In this document: piece after piece, positions 24,955 to 35,700 of the stretch
Layout of the letters: every line of letters starts with the position of its first letter
Position numbering within the stretch: position 1 is the stretch's first letter
Assembly (NCBI GenBank): GCA_964036045.1
Contig: OZ038378.1
Coordinates: 121,830,001-121,894,000, forward strand
Origin: Eutreptiella sp. 'Long Island Sound 2002'
Lineage: Eukaryota; Protista; Euglenida
Length of the DNA: 64,000 nucleotides
Direction of reading: 5' to 3'
Notes under the pieces: generated by a model
Told to the model about the DNA's origin: nothing
Seen by the model: the letters and a program-made list of their open reading frames with translations, nothing else
The model's database searches: none
Translations under genes and position numbers: made by a program

Positions 24955-25680
24955 TTGTGTGGCCCCTCAAGTTGGGGTTAGGGACTCACAATCCACGCTT
25001 GGGTGTGGCCCCTCGAGTTGGGGTTAGGGACTCACAATCCACGCTTTGTTGCGTGGCCCCTCGAGTTGGGGTTACAGACTCACAATCCACCCTCCGTTGC
25101 GTGCCCCCTCGAGTTGGGGTTAGGGACTCACAATCCACGCTTTTTTGCGTGGCCCCTTGAGTTGGGGTTACGGAATCACAATCCACGCTTTGTTGTGTGG
25201 CCCCTTGAGTTGGGGTTACGGACTCACAATCCACGCTTTGTTGCGTGGCCCCTCGAGTTGGGGTTAGGGACTCACAATCCACGCTTCGTTGCTTGGCCCC
25301 TCGAGTTGGGGTTAGGGACTCACAATCCACGCTTTTTTGCGTGGCCCCTCGAGTTGGGGTTAGGAAGTCACAATCCACGCTTTTTTGCGTGGCTTCTCGA
25401 GTTGGGGTTAGGGACTCACAATCCACGCTTTTTTGTGTGCCCCGTCGAGTTGGGGTTAGGGACTCACAATCCACGCTCTGTTGTGTGGCCCCTCGAGTTG
25501 GGGTTAGGGACTCACAATCCACGCTTCGCTGTGGCCCCTCGAGTTGGGGTTAGGGACTCACAATCCACGCTCTGTTGCGTGGCCCCTCGAGTTGGGGTTA
25601 GGGACTCACAATCCACGCTTCGGTGTGGCCCCTCGAGTTGGGGTTAGGGACTCACAATCCACGCACTGTTGCGTGGCCCC
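24955..25680. repeat. 48-bp satellite (GTTGGGGTTAGGGACTCACAATCCACGCTTTGTTGCGTGGCCCCTCGA), ~15 copies, same family as the 41- and 46-bp arrays
   Basis: A 16-aa periodic ORF (DCESLTPTRGATQKSV) shows the 48-bp period. The reverse complement matches the 41-bp monomer plus a short insertion. Confidence 0.95.
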
Positions 25681-26012
25681 GGAAAGCGACGTTTTTCCGC
25701 GTTTTTTAGGTAAGTGGGGCAAGGGGCGGTTCCCCGTGTCACAAAACTTCCACCCGGCACAGTGCCCAAACCCAAACCCGTGTGTGCCGAAACCTAAACC
25801 AATACCAATGCACCTGCCGCAGAGCGATGGGAGTAGGCAGCCGGGAAAGTATTCGCCGCAGAGCGACGGGAGTAGGCACTGTCTGGGTGGCATGGTCATT
25901 AAGAATTGCGAATAAAGGAGTTGCATTAGATACGTATCTGTTTTTATTGCCTCTGTTCCACTGAATCCCTTATGTGTTTCCGTGTTTCCCGTGTGCAGTT
26001 CTTTCTCGCCCC

Positions 26013-26216
26013 ATGAGTGCGCAGAAGAAGGAGAAGAAGTTGCTCCAAAACGTTTGCCACATGTGCAACAAGAAGGGGTGCCAAGCTGCATGTTTGGTTT
26101 GCAACGTTGCGTTCCATACACGTTGCGATCCTCACGATCCGTGCCCCAATGCACCGGAATCCATGGGCATCGATTTTGGTATTGAACCCGTCGTCGTCGG
26201 AGGGAGAACTTTTTAA
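26013..26216 (+). CDS. Intact 67-aa Cys/His zinc-finger ORF (PHD/C1-like: CxxC-x8-CxxC-x4-HxxC-xx-HxxC)
   Basis: MSAQKKEKKLLQNVCHMCNKKGCQAACLVCNVAFHTRCDPHDPC...GRTF*. Preceded by a pyrimidine-rich tract and TGCAG acceptor (25998), with an upstream GTAAGT donor at 25710. Basic KKEKK stretch may be an NLS. Confidence 0.55.
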   Translation: MSAQKKEKKLLQNVCHMCNKKGCQAACLVCNVAFHTRCDPHDPCPNAPESMGIDFGIEPVVVGGRTF

Positions 26217-26253
26217 GTGAGCCGTGGGGTAGTGGAAAAAAAAGGGACAGAAC

Positions 26254-26435
26254 GAGCTGTATTTGTGTACACGGCGAAGGAAAAAAAAACCATTACTATA
26301 GAGCGGTATTTGTGTGTACGGCGAAGGAAAAAAAACCCACTCCCACAGAGCTGCATTTGGGTATGCGGCGAAGGGAAAAAAATACTATTCATATAGAGCG
26401 GTACTTGTGTGTACGGCAAACCAAAAAAAAACCAA
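26254..26435. repeat. Four ~47-bp tandem repeats (GAGCGGTATTTGTGTGTACGGCGAAGGAAAAAAAA...), subterminal-repeat-like
   Basis: Four consecutive units visible directly after the Zn-finger ORF stop. Confidence 0.85.
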
Positions 26436-26539
26436 TCGGGTGCCTCGTCGGCTTGGGCAACCTGCAAGGCACCCAGCTCTGGTGTGATGGGCCGTGTTGG
26501 AGAGACCAGCCTAGATACACGGCCCTCCCCGGGCAGGGG

Positions 26540-26969
26540 GTGTGGGCGCCTACAACCACCATTGCAATGGTGAGGAGCTAGAGTGGAGGCCTCCGTTGTT
26601 GTAGAGTAACCCCTTAGGCCACCGCGTCTCTGCCAGACTTGACTAGACCTCTGCTAAACCCTCTCCCCTAGCCCCCCCCCCCCCTTAGCCACTAGCAGCG
26701 ACCACGGGCGGGCCGTCTCCTCGGTCCGGGTACGCGAACCCCCCCCCCCTCCGATTAGTTACCAAGGGTCAATGGCTACTAGCCATACATAGGGGGAACG
26801 TTAGCACGTGTGGGCGCCTACAACCACCTTTGCATTGGTGAGGAGGTAGAGTGGAGGCCTCTGTTGTTGTAGAACAACCCCTTAGGCCACCGCGTCTCTG
26901 CTAAACTCAACTAGACCTCTGCTAACCCCCTCCCCTAGCCCACCTCCCCCCCCGGCAACTAGCAGCGAC
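26540..26969 (+). repeat. Split direct repeats A-B-A of a YR retroelement
   Basis: A: 26540-26702 is similar to 26808-26969 (GTGTGGGCGCCTACAACCAC...ACTAGCAGCGAC). B: 26702-26794 is similar to 24373-24486 (CCACGGG..GTCTCCTCGGTCC...CAAGGGTCAATGGCTACT.GCCATACATAGGG). Confidence 0.8.
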
Positions 26970-29300
26970 TAGCAAGTCCCTTAGAGAAGCCCTCCTCGGC
27001 GGCTAGCCCGCCCCCCCCCAAAAGCCCCCCCCCCCCCTAGGGGCCTTCGGCCCACTTCTATTGGGGGGGGGCGTCGCTTCTAACAGCGAGGAGACGGCCC
27101 CCCCGTGGCAGCGACTAGCTAGTCCCCTAGGGAAGCCCTCCTCGGCGGCTAGCCCCCCCCCCCCCCCAGAAGCCCCCCCCCTTCCCCCTGGGGGCCTTCG
27201 GCCCACTTCTACTGGGGGGGGGGGGGGGTCGCGTACAGAAGCGAGGAGACGACCTCCGCGAGGCGCGTCCTCTTCCCGCCCCCCCGGCTGCCACTCCTAG
27301 CGGCGCACCCGACGCGTACTCCATGCAGGAGCCACAGGTGGCCTTCTCCCCTTCTCTACGGTACCCCGCAATGGAGGGGGTTTGGACCCCCCGACGCCCT
27401 AGCGTGGCCTCGCGCCAATAACGAAGCCCCCCCGACCCCCCGCGCCCCCCCCCCTCTCCCTGTGTCAATGTCCGAGGCCGAGGACACGCAGATGGCCTCA
27501 TCTCCAGCTGGCGCGCCCTTTGGCCTACCAGCGGGGTCCTCTAACTCCCTGTGATGCCTTCCTAAGCGGATGAATCTTCCCCATCGGGGGAAGTGGAGCC
27601 TTCCGAAGTGACAAGTTTGTCGTCACGTTTCGGTGCCCTGCCCCCCCCCCCCTGCCACTGGCAGACGCCTGCGGATCTGGGCGCACATTTGCCCTCCCAA
27701 GCCTGGCAGCTGGTGCCTGCCTCCTCGGACGTATTGGGGGAGAAAGCAGGGGTTCTGAGAGGGATCCATCGCCTGAGCAGGTCGATTCCCCCGATACTCG
27801 CTCATTGCTCCCTTCGACGCACCCCACAACCGCACTCCGCTCCTTGCGGCCCCTGGTCCCGGAGGATTGCGAAACCCCTGCAGCTGGGCCAGGGTCATCC
27901 GACTCAAGGTCCAGCCCCCCCCCCCCCCCCGCGCCGTTGTCCCACGCCTCCAAGCCATTGTGATGCAAATTGCACTCCCGCCCAAACCTAGCTGGCCGCC
28001 AGGTCCCAGAACTCCAAAGTGTCCCCATCCCCGGGCCACGGCAGGAGGAGGTCGCCCAGCACCCTCGGATCCTGAGAATCTTTGGCATACGCCATGGCCG
28101 TGCGTTTATCCTCCCACCTCCCGAAGGAAATGAACCACGCTTCAGACGGCCCACGTGCCCACGCAGATGGGGAACTGCCCCATCCTTAGAGAAGTATGGG
28201 ATGAACTTGTCCCGGCGGGCCTGCCAGAATGATTGCGTGGGGTGCGGCTACCGGAGGGCAAGGTTTACCCGAGCCCTCATATGGAGGTGATGTTGGAGGT
28301 ACTGAAGGGGCAGGGGGTTGCAGCTCAAGCAAGTTGAACAAGGGGTCCCAACTGTACCCCCTTTGTTATCCCCAAGAATGACATCAAGGCATCGATGGTT
28401 ATGGATTGCACGCCGGGGAACGCAGCGGACCCTGAGCCGCCCCCCCATTTCATTTTGGCATCTTGGACGGCGTTGGGGGAGTGGTTGCAGGTCTATGGGG
28501 GGGGGGTCTGTGCATGACGCATGTCGATTTGTCTAACGCCTTTTGGAGTTTCCTACACCTCAAGCTCTATGTCGCCACCGGAGCGCTGGAGCCTAGGGCC
28601 TCCATCTACAACACGCCCTACAGGTTGGGCATCGCAGTGCTAGCCCTCTTGGAGGCGCTGCGTTGGCGGTACCTGGCGAAGACGAGTGCATGTCGTTGCT
28701 CGCGTTTGCATTGGAGCGAGGGGGCGAGCTTGCCTCTCTTGCATGCCCTGTCTGCCCCTCTTTGGTGCGGGGGCATGGTCCACGCGCGCCAGGGTTGTAC
28801 CCACAAGCCGGGTTGGGACGAGGCCCCTCTGAGGAGATTGATTTTGGTGGAGGGTTACGTGGCGGGGGTCGTTTCAGCAGGACCGGGGCACATGGTGGGG
28901 CTCAACTGTAGGGGACATATTTTTTGTTCAGGAATGGGAAATACATTGCAGGACGGGGATTTGTACGAGGCCACAGACATTGTTTTGGGCAGGGTGGGGA
29001 GGGTGTGGCAAGTTTGGTGTATTATGCTGCCTGGAGAGCATGTGGTCCGCACGCGGCCGCGATTTTTGGGGGTGGTGGGGTTCCCTTCGTGGCACTTGAG
29101 GGTGGGGGAACAGCGCTTGTGTCGGGTCATTCATACGGTGCTGACGGATTGGAGACAGCACCGCACCCCGGTCCGCGGATTCGTGGACTCTGTTTAAGCC
29201 TTGGTGTTCCTCAGTTCTCGGTTTACCCGTCCCCATGAGAGTGGCTAAGCTCACTGCGTGGGGCATCTTCGGCCCTAATAAACAATCAAACCGGGGGTCA
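26970..29300 (+). mobile_element. Decayed DIRS-like gag/RT region
   Basis: VIPKNDIKASMVMDC..GNAADP (~28365-28435) and MTHVDLSNAFWSF (~28515-28555) resemble DIRS-class RT motifs. Multiple frameshifts. Confidence 0.7.
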
Positions 29301-30158
29301 TTCTGCTGAGGGCTGGGTGGCCGCGTATGCTTTGGATGGCATCTTGTTTGTGAGTGGATGACGGCAGGCGTAGCCCCGCGGCGACTCTTTCTTTTTTTTT
29401 GTTCAGTGGCGAATTGCCCCCCAGCGGAGTGGGGTGGATGTCTTTCAGCTATGTGGGTCTAACCGTGTATGTGCGTGGGTGTCCTAGGTGTCGAGTCACG
29501 GTGCTTTTTGTGGGTAAGGCGGCTTCTACCGGCAGCTAAGGTTCCGCCCGGATGCCCACACGGCGGTGTAGGGGTCGACCGGGGGGGGGGGGGGTTGGCA
29601 ATATATGCCGCTGGCTGATCCCGAAGATTCCTTTGTGCTTGTGTTGCCGGCGTGGGAAACGACAGTTGAGCTCTCGCTGAACTGTTCTTTTCCTTGGAGG
29701 CCTTATGGGACCTTTGCTGTTTGGTGACACATTTTTCTAACCTATGAGTTGCCCGCCCATCTCAACCCACCCAGTGACTGTTGTTCGGAGCTCTAGGTTC
29801 TCCGAGAGCTGGGGTACAATTTGGAGATATGCACTTGCACGTGCATCAGGACAATAACTATGTGCCCGCTGGCTGATCCCCCGCTGGCTGATCCCGAAGA
29901 TTCCTTTGTGCTTGTGTTGCCGGCATGGGAAAATATCGACCCCCCCCCCCGCGCGGAAATGTAAACCCGGCCTCCCCTTGGCCTGTCGCCCGACAATTAT
30001 CGGACGATGCTGCCCCATATGCCGGACACAGGATGCCCGTGGACCGGTGTCCCTTGCCTCGCCCTCGTCTGCCCCCGGCTGGCGCCGCCATTGGCACCGG
30101 CGCTTGCTCCGCGTGGTTCCCCCCTTCCCTATCCGCATGCACCGGTGGGCATCGAGGT

Positions 30159-30619
30159 CACATGTCGCAAATCGCTTTGCTTCTTATGTCCGAATCCCTA
30201 CCCATTTCCCACAGGATTTAGCGAAAATACCCGGGTATACACGCTGGGATTCGGAACCATCGCTGCCGAAATGCTTAGGATAAATCCCGACCCGAAAAAA
30301 AACGCTCGGGATATATTCTGGGGCCGCTCGGGATATCACTTGGGATTTATCCGGGGGCCGCTCGGGATATCGCTTGGGATTTATCCGGTGGCCGCTCGGG
30401 AAATCGCTTGGGTTTTTTCCGGTGGGCGCTCGTGATATCGCTTGGGATTTATCCGGTGGCCGCTCGGGAAAGCGCTTGGGATTTTTCCGGTGGCCGCTCA
30501 GGAGATCCCCAAGCATATTCGGTATAGCCTTAGGTGTATGGGAGCACGTTCCTAGCCATTTTCCATTTAAAATCCCCGGCGATTTGGACATAAGAAGCAA
30601 AGCGAAGGAGCGACATGTG
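30159..30619. mobile_element. MITE with ~40-bp imperfect TIRs (CAC...GTG ends) and an internal 34-bp minisatellite (~6 copies, 30303-30505)
   Basis: CACATGTCGCAAATCGCTTTGCTTCTTATGTCCGAATC versus GATTTGGACATAAGAAGCAAAGCGAAGGAGCGACATGTG. CCGCTCG recurs at 30324, 30358 and 30392. No clear TSD. Confidence 0.7.
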
Positions 30620-32729
30620 TCGCTGCGGGGCCCGGCAATAAGACCGGAGGTCTCCCGCATGCCATGCGGCTAGGGATAGAACCTGCCGAGGAAGTCAACT
30701 GCTGGCAAGGCATGAAGCGGATGCTGCAGTCATCGATGCCACAAGATGACACAACCACAACGTGACACACTGTGTAGCTAGGTGTTCTAGCTATTGGGCC
30801 ATTTACCATTGTGCCACGAAGTACGGATGCCCCGCGACTCCCAAAGCTAGCCATGCCCCCGAGCGGTATGAGGGACTTGCATTGCGGGGTCTGAGGGGCT
30901 AGTAGTAGCTCTCCGGCGAGCATGTGGGGTTGAAGCGCCCTGATCGCCTACCGCAAGATGGTTGCCCTGTCCTGCAGTGGGAGCACCATCATGCGTAATG
31001 AGTGCTCACGCCAAATTAGGCAGCGCCCGCTGCACAGTCAGCTCAATATCCAGTGCAAGTTCAGCATATCTCAAGCGTTCTTCCGAGCGGCCAGTGGAGA
31101 AATTCCCAGTGAGAGTTGGTGCACCCACAGAAAAAATCGCTTGTGGCGCGTACTAACAAAAAAAAAGAAAAATTGTACAAAGTACCACAAAAAACATGTG
31201 TCGGGTACCTCCGAACAGTTGGGTATGCGGCCCAGGTGCGGCAGTCCTACATTCGCACCGCCCCACCCCAAAATAGGGTGGGTGACATCGGTTTGGGTAT
31301 ACCCTGGCCGCACCGAGGACCTCATGGAGTGGGTTGTTGAGGTAGAGGTCATCAAAGGTTAAGGTTCAACGTAGTCTGTAGGGTAATGGTCACTTTCGCG
31401 AAGCAAGGTGGCAGGGGGGGCACTTGAGGATGTGTCATCCACATCAATGCACGGCACCTTCACAGGTGGCTTGCTTGGGACGCCGGGGCGGGGAAATTTT
31501 TTTGTAGTGGTGCCACCGGGACAAAGGAGTCACTGTTGCTGCTGCTGTTGGTGGTGCTGGGGGTGCCGGTACTTGTAGAATCACCGCTGTCTGCATGTGA
31601 AGATGCGTCACTAGATGCCATAGAGGAATTACCACAGCTGTCTGAAGCTGTTGGGTCAGGGTCTGACGAATTATTTGAATCCATAACAATGCGCCTGTGC
31701 AGCTTGACAGCACGCATTGGTTGGTTCCGCTGCGTGGCCGAGTCCGACACAGGACCAATATCAAAGGATGCGACTGAGTCCTCGGCACTGTTTGTCACCA
31801 CTGTCACCTTCGTCCCCTGTTCGCGGCTTGTACTATGCTTACCTACGACTGCCGTACCTTTTGCCCGTTCCTTGGCCAATTGTTTCGGCTTTTTTTTGGT
31901 CAGATAAGGGTTCGCACTGACATAGTTGAATGTGGGCCAGTGCCGTACCGTTGCCATGGTTGCAAGGGTCCAGCGCCGTTGTCCACTCCGCTCAGCACCA
32001 CAATGGCCACAGATGCGGTACACATCCATTTGCGGCTTGCAGGTGTCAGTGGTTATATATACTGACTGGGTGCCAAAAATGAAAAAAGAAAATTTGCAAA
32101 GCGGCGGTGTCAGTGGCCCCCTGTGTTTAGGTGACTTTTGTTTGTTTCCTTGTCAGGGGCTGGTTGCTTCGGGGAAGGGATCGGGAGCAAGGGGGAGGGG
32201 TTTAAGGGTTATGTGTGCCTGTAACTACCTGAAAGGGTCCCCCCTGATGCGCAGACCTGTAGCAAACTTTCTTGGGGGGAGGGTCATGTACCTGCAAACA
32301 TGCAAACACGAAGACATAAAGAACGGCTGTTTGCTATGTGGCCAAAACCTAGGCGACCACTGCCACTGCCCACCAAAAACCCTGTAAAAATTCCAGGAAA
32401 CTGGCGGGACGGTGACACACACACTACAAGTCCTACACACCCTACTGAGGACCCAGCCTTCGAAGGATGACACCATCCAGGCCTGCCACACCTACACACA
32501 CACGCTACTTGGAGTTGCAGTTGAAAAAGTCGAAGGCCCTAGTGGCCTACCTGCGAAATTGCGAGCAAACACAGCGCTGCTAAGCGGCTGTGGCCTAACA
32601 AGGACGCCATTACGTGTACCCCTGCCAGGGCTTGGAGGGAAGGAGCGGCTTCCTGGGCTTACTCACCTTACCTTACCATGGTCCATGGTCCCCCATCCCT
32701 CCAGTTGCGTACAAATAGGCACCTTCATC

Positions 32730-35700
32730 TGACGCGGCCGGCACTTAAGGGACTCTCCGGTCAAGAAAATATCTGCGAAGAACAACAATGGTGGTGCACA
32801 GTGCACATTGGGCAGGGCATGTGGAGGGAGGGGGGATGTTAAGGGTGGGGGTTATGTAGCAAAAGATCTGTCAAACAACGGAATGATGGTGGGTTGGGCA
32901 CATTGGGAAATGCATCTGGTGGAGATGAGTGGCTCCCTTGGGTACGTAGTGCATCGATGGCTCCCCGGCACTAGGACGTCTAGACCGGTGGCCACATTGC
33001 ATGAGGACTGCGTGCCTCATACCGGGCCCGAACACGGAACGTGTCGAGGTGGAGGCCTTGGACGACTTTGTCCACCGGCTCTTTGGCTTGGGGCTAGCAG
33101 TCCCATGCGCTGCAAACAGGTAGAAGGTGACGCAGGCAGAGCGGGTCTCCTCTTTTCTGACGCGCCCAAGCCGGGTAGGGGGTGTTCCTACCCGTGGGAA
33201 GACCTCATGGCACCGCTCCCGAGGCCGGTTGAGGATTGGCTGCGTTTCCAGCTCATGGGGTGGCTGCCTAGGGGCTTGAAGGGGGACCGGCAGCTAGAGG
33301 CGGAAATTCTTCGTTGGCCCAGGTGCCTACAGTGGACGGCAGGCGAAGTAACATACGTGCTTTAGCCCATCTCGGGTAGTCCCATAAATCGTTGGCCTCC
33401 GTTTCCGGCACCTGCCCAGGGCAGTAGGGGTAGTCGAGCAACGGTCGCATGTGCTGCCTGCCAGCCCGCGATGCGGTCCACGTTGCTCCCACTAAGAGTC
33501 CACAAAGGATGGAGAGTTCCGTCTCGTCCTTGTACCTCTTGAGGCCGGCCTTGCAAGCCCCGCGGTCAATTGAGCTAGCTAGCCCCCCAAAGGTTCGGGG
33601 GCGCCTGGCTTCAAGATGGAGTAGTGCAGCCTGCCTAAGGCTCTCCCAGACGCGGTGCTGCTGCAGGTCCTAGTCCTCCGCCAGCATGTCTAGGAGGTCA
33701 TGTTGCTCTGGAACGGAGCACTTCCACCAGCAACCTTGCAGCACCCACCCTACGGCCCGTGCTGCACGCAGGGCCCTCCCCACCCGGTGAGCAGCGGGCT
33801 GGCTCCCTACATTCCTAGATGGTTTGGAGGAGAAATTGCGTTGCCCCCGGGACCCTAGCCACCCTCGCCAACCAAGTTAGCTTGTCGTACTTCGTCCGCA
33901 TGACAGTTGATGCCCTATGACTGGATGACATGAGGTAGACCACCTCCTCGGCCCTACCAGGCCGCGTGGGGCCCTAAATGGCCCGGACATTTCGGGTCTC
34001 CAGTCTTGCCAGGTCAACGTCGGAGACGTTGGGCAACTGACCCCATGCACCGCCACGGCCATGGCTAGGGCCCCTACCACTTTTGACGTCCAGTGGTATG
34101 TGGTGAGTTGGCAAGGGAGGACACTCCCCCCTCTCTCCATCCATTGCCTTAGCAGGGGGCCCGTTCCACGTTCGGGGCTCACCCGGGTCCTGATCCCGAG
34201 GTGGCGGAACTCGCCCTCTATAGGGATGGGGGCGCCGAGCAATCGCATCGGCGCTTGATCCCCCGCCAGGGTCCACGTAATGGACTTACCCACGTTCACC
34301 TCTTGCCCGGTAAGCCTGAGCCACAGCTCTGTGGCTGGGGCCAAGCGTTGCAGGGCGTCCAGGCTGGGCGCCACTGCGTCAGTGTCGTCAGCGTAACCTC
34401 CCGCGGCAACCTCCTCCGTGCCGGGGCCCTGGAAGACCGGGGCTATGTTGTCTTGGTGGTTCGCATCATGCATACGCAGAGGCGGCAGATCGCCGGTGGT
34501 CACCACCGTGTGCTCGTGCAAGTTGTCGATTTTAGTCTTCCATATGCCCATAAGGGCGTTGATAAGGATCACCAACATCACACAACCCCGAAGGATGTCG
34601 TTGGTGGCTTTCCACCACAAGCCCAGGTTCCCTGCTAGCTTAAAGGCATGCATGGCCTCCATGGCCCGTTGCACCCCGGGGTAGATCCCTAGCCCAGTGC
34701 AGACCTCAAACACAATGCCTTGTGGCATGAGGTCGAAGCACTTCCGGTAGTTCAGCCCAACGCCGGAAACCAACCAGCACTTCAGTCGTCCGAGCTCCAG
34801 CAGGAGCTGGGTGACTGCGGCCCCATTTGCCACATTTGCCACGCCTGAACCCGAAGGCCAAAGGGTGCTCCCACCGCTCGTGCCACTCCATCATCTCCTG
34901 CAGACACAGCCCCGCCCACAGCCGGTAGACCCTTGACAACACCGTGAGCGACCTCGTGTCCAGGGCCCCTAGCGGACCCTCCTTCGGCATGAGTGCCCTG
35001 TACCCAGGGCCACCGCCCCTTGCTCTCGACAGCTCTAGGGTACGTATGGACGCTTGCATGGCGTGTATGCGTGCCAGGAGGCACGTGACCGGCGATCCAA
35101 TCGACTCGTGCTGTCTCGGGCACATGTGCGCACTGCGGATGACCATATCAGTGCCTCTACCCCTCTTTTCCCGCGCTGGGGGTTCACTCTACCCTAGGCA
35201 CGCATAGTGCCAGGAGCACTTCCTCCGCGGCCCATGACCAGAACCCCCACGCCTCGTCTTCCTTGCGCAACCGCTGCTACCATCGCGGGTCACGGGTCCC
35301 AACGTGGCGGCTACCAGCTCCAGCCGTAGCTCGGCCTCCATGCGAGGTACCTACAATCGAGGCGCGCGCACAAACCGGTACACCTGCCGACTTGCTTGGG
35401 GCATATGGAGCGTGAATGCAACCAAGCGGTGTCCCGGGAGGCCATCCGCCGGTAGCGCGAACGCCACCCGGCCAGCGACGCTGTGCGGACGTCTACTACG
35501 CACCCATCAATGCGCGATGGTTGTGTGTTTGGGGCCCATGGTACGAGCAGAGGGGGTTGCGCACCTCCGCTACTACTTGCTCTTGGTCTAAATCCATGAG
35601 CCTCCGCTTGATTAGCGCAAAAGCTAGGGACCAACACCGCACGGCAAGTCCCCCACCGGGGCATTGAAACCCCCCCCCCTCCCGGCTATGGGGCATTTCC

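Noticed and set aside
31460-32029. 189-aa Ser/Asp-rich minus-strand ORF as a gene
   Set aside because: Mostly low complexity with no recognisable domain. Probably part of a decayed element.
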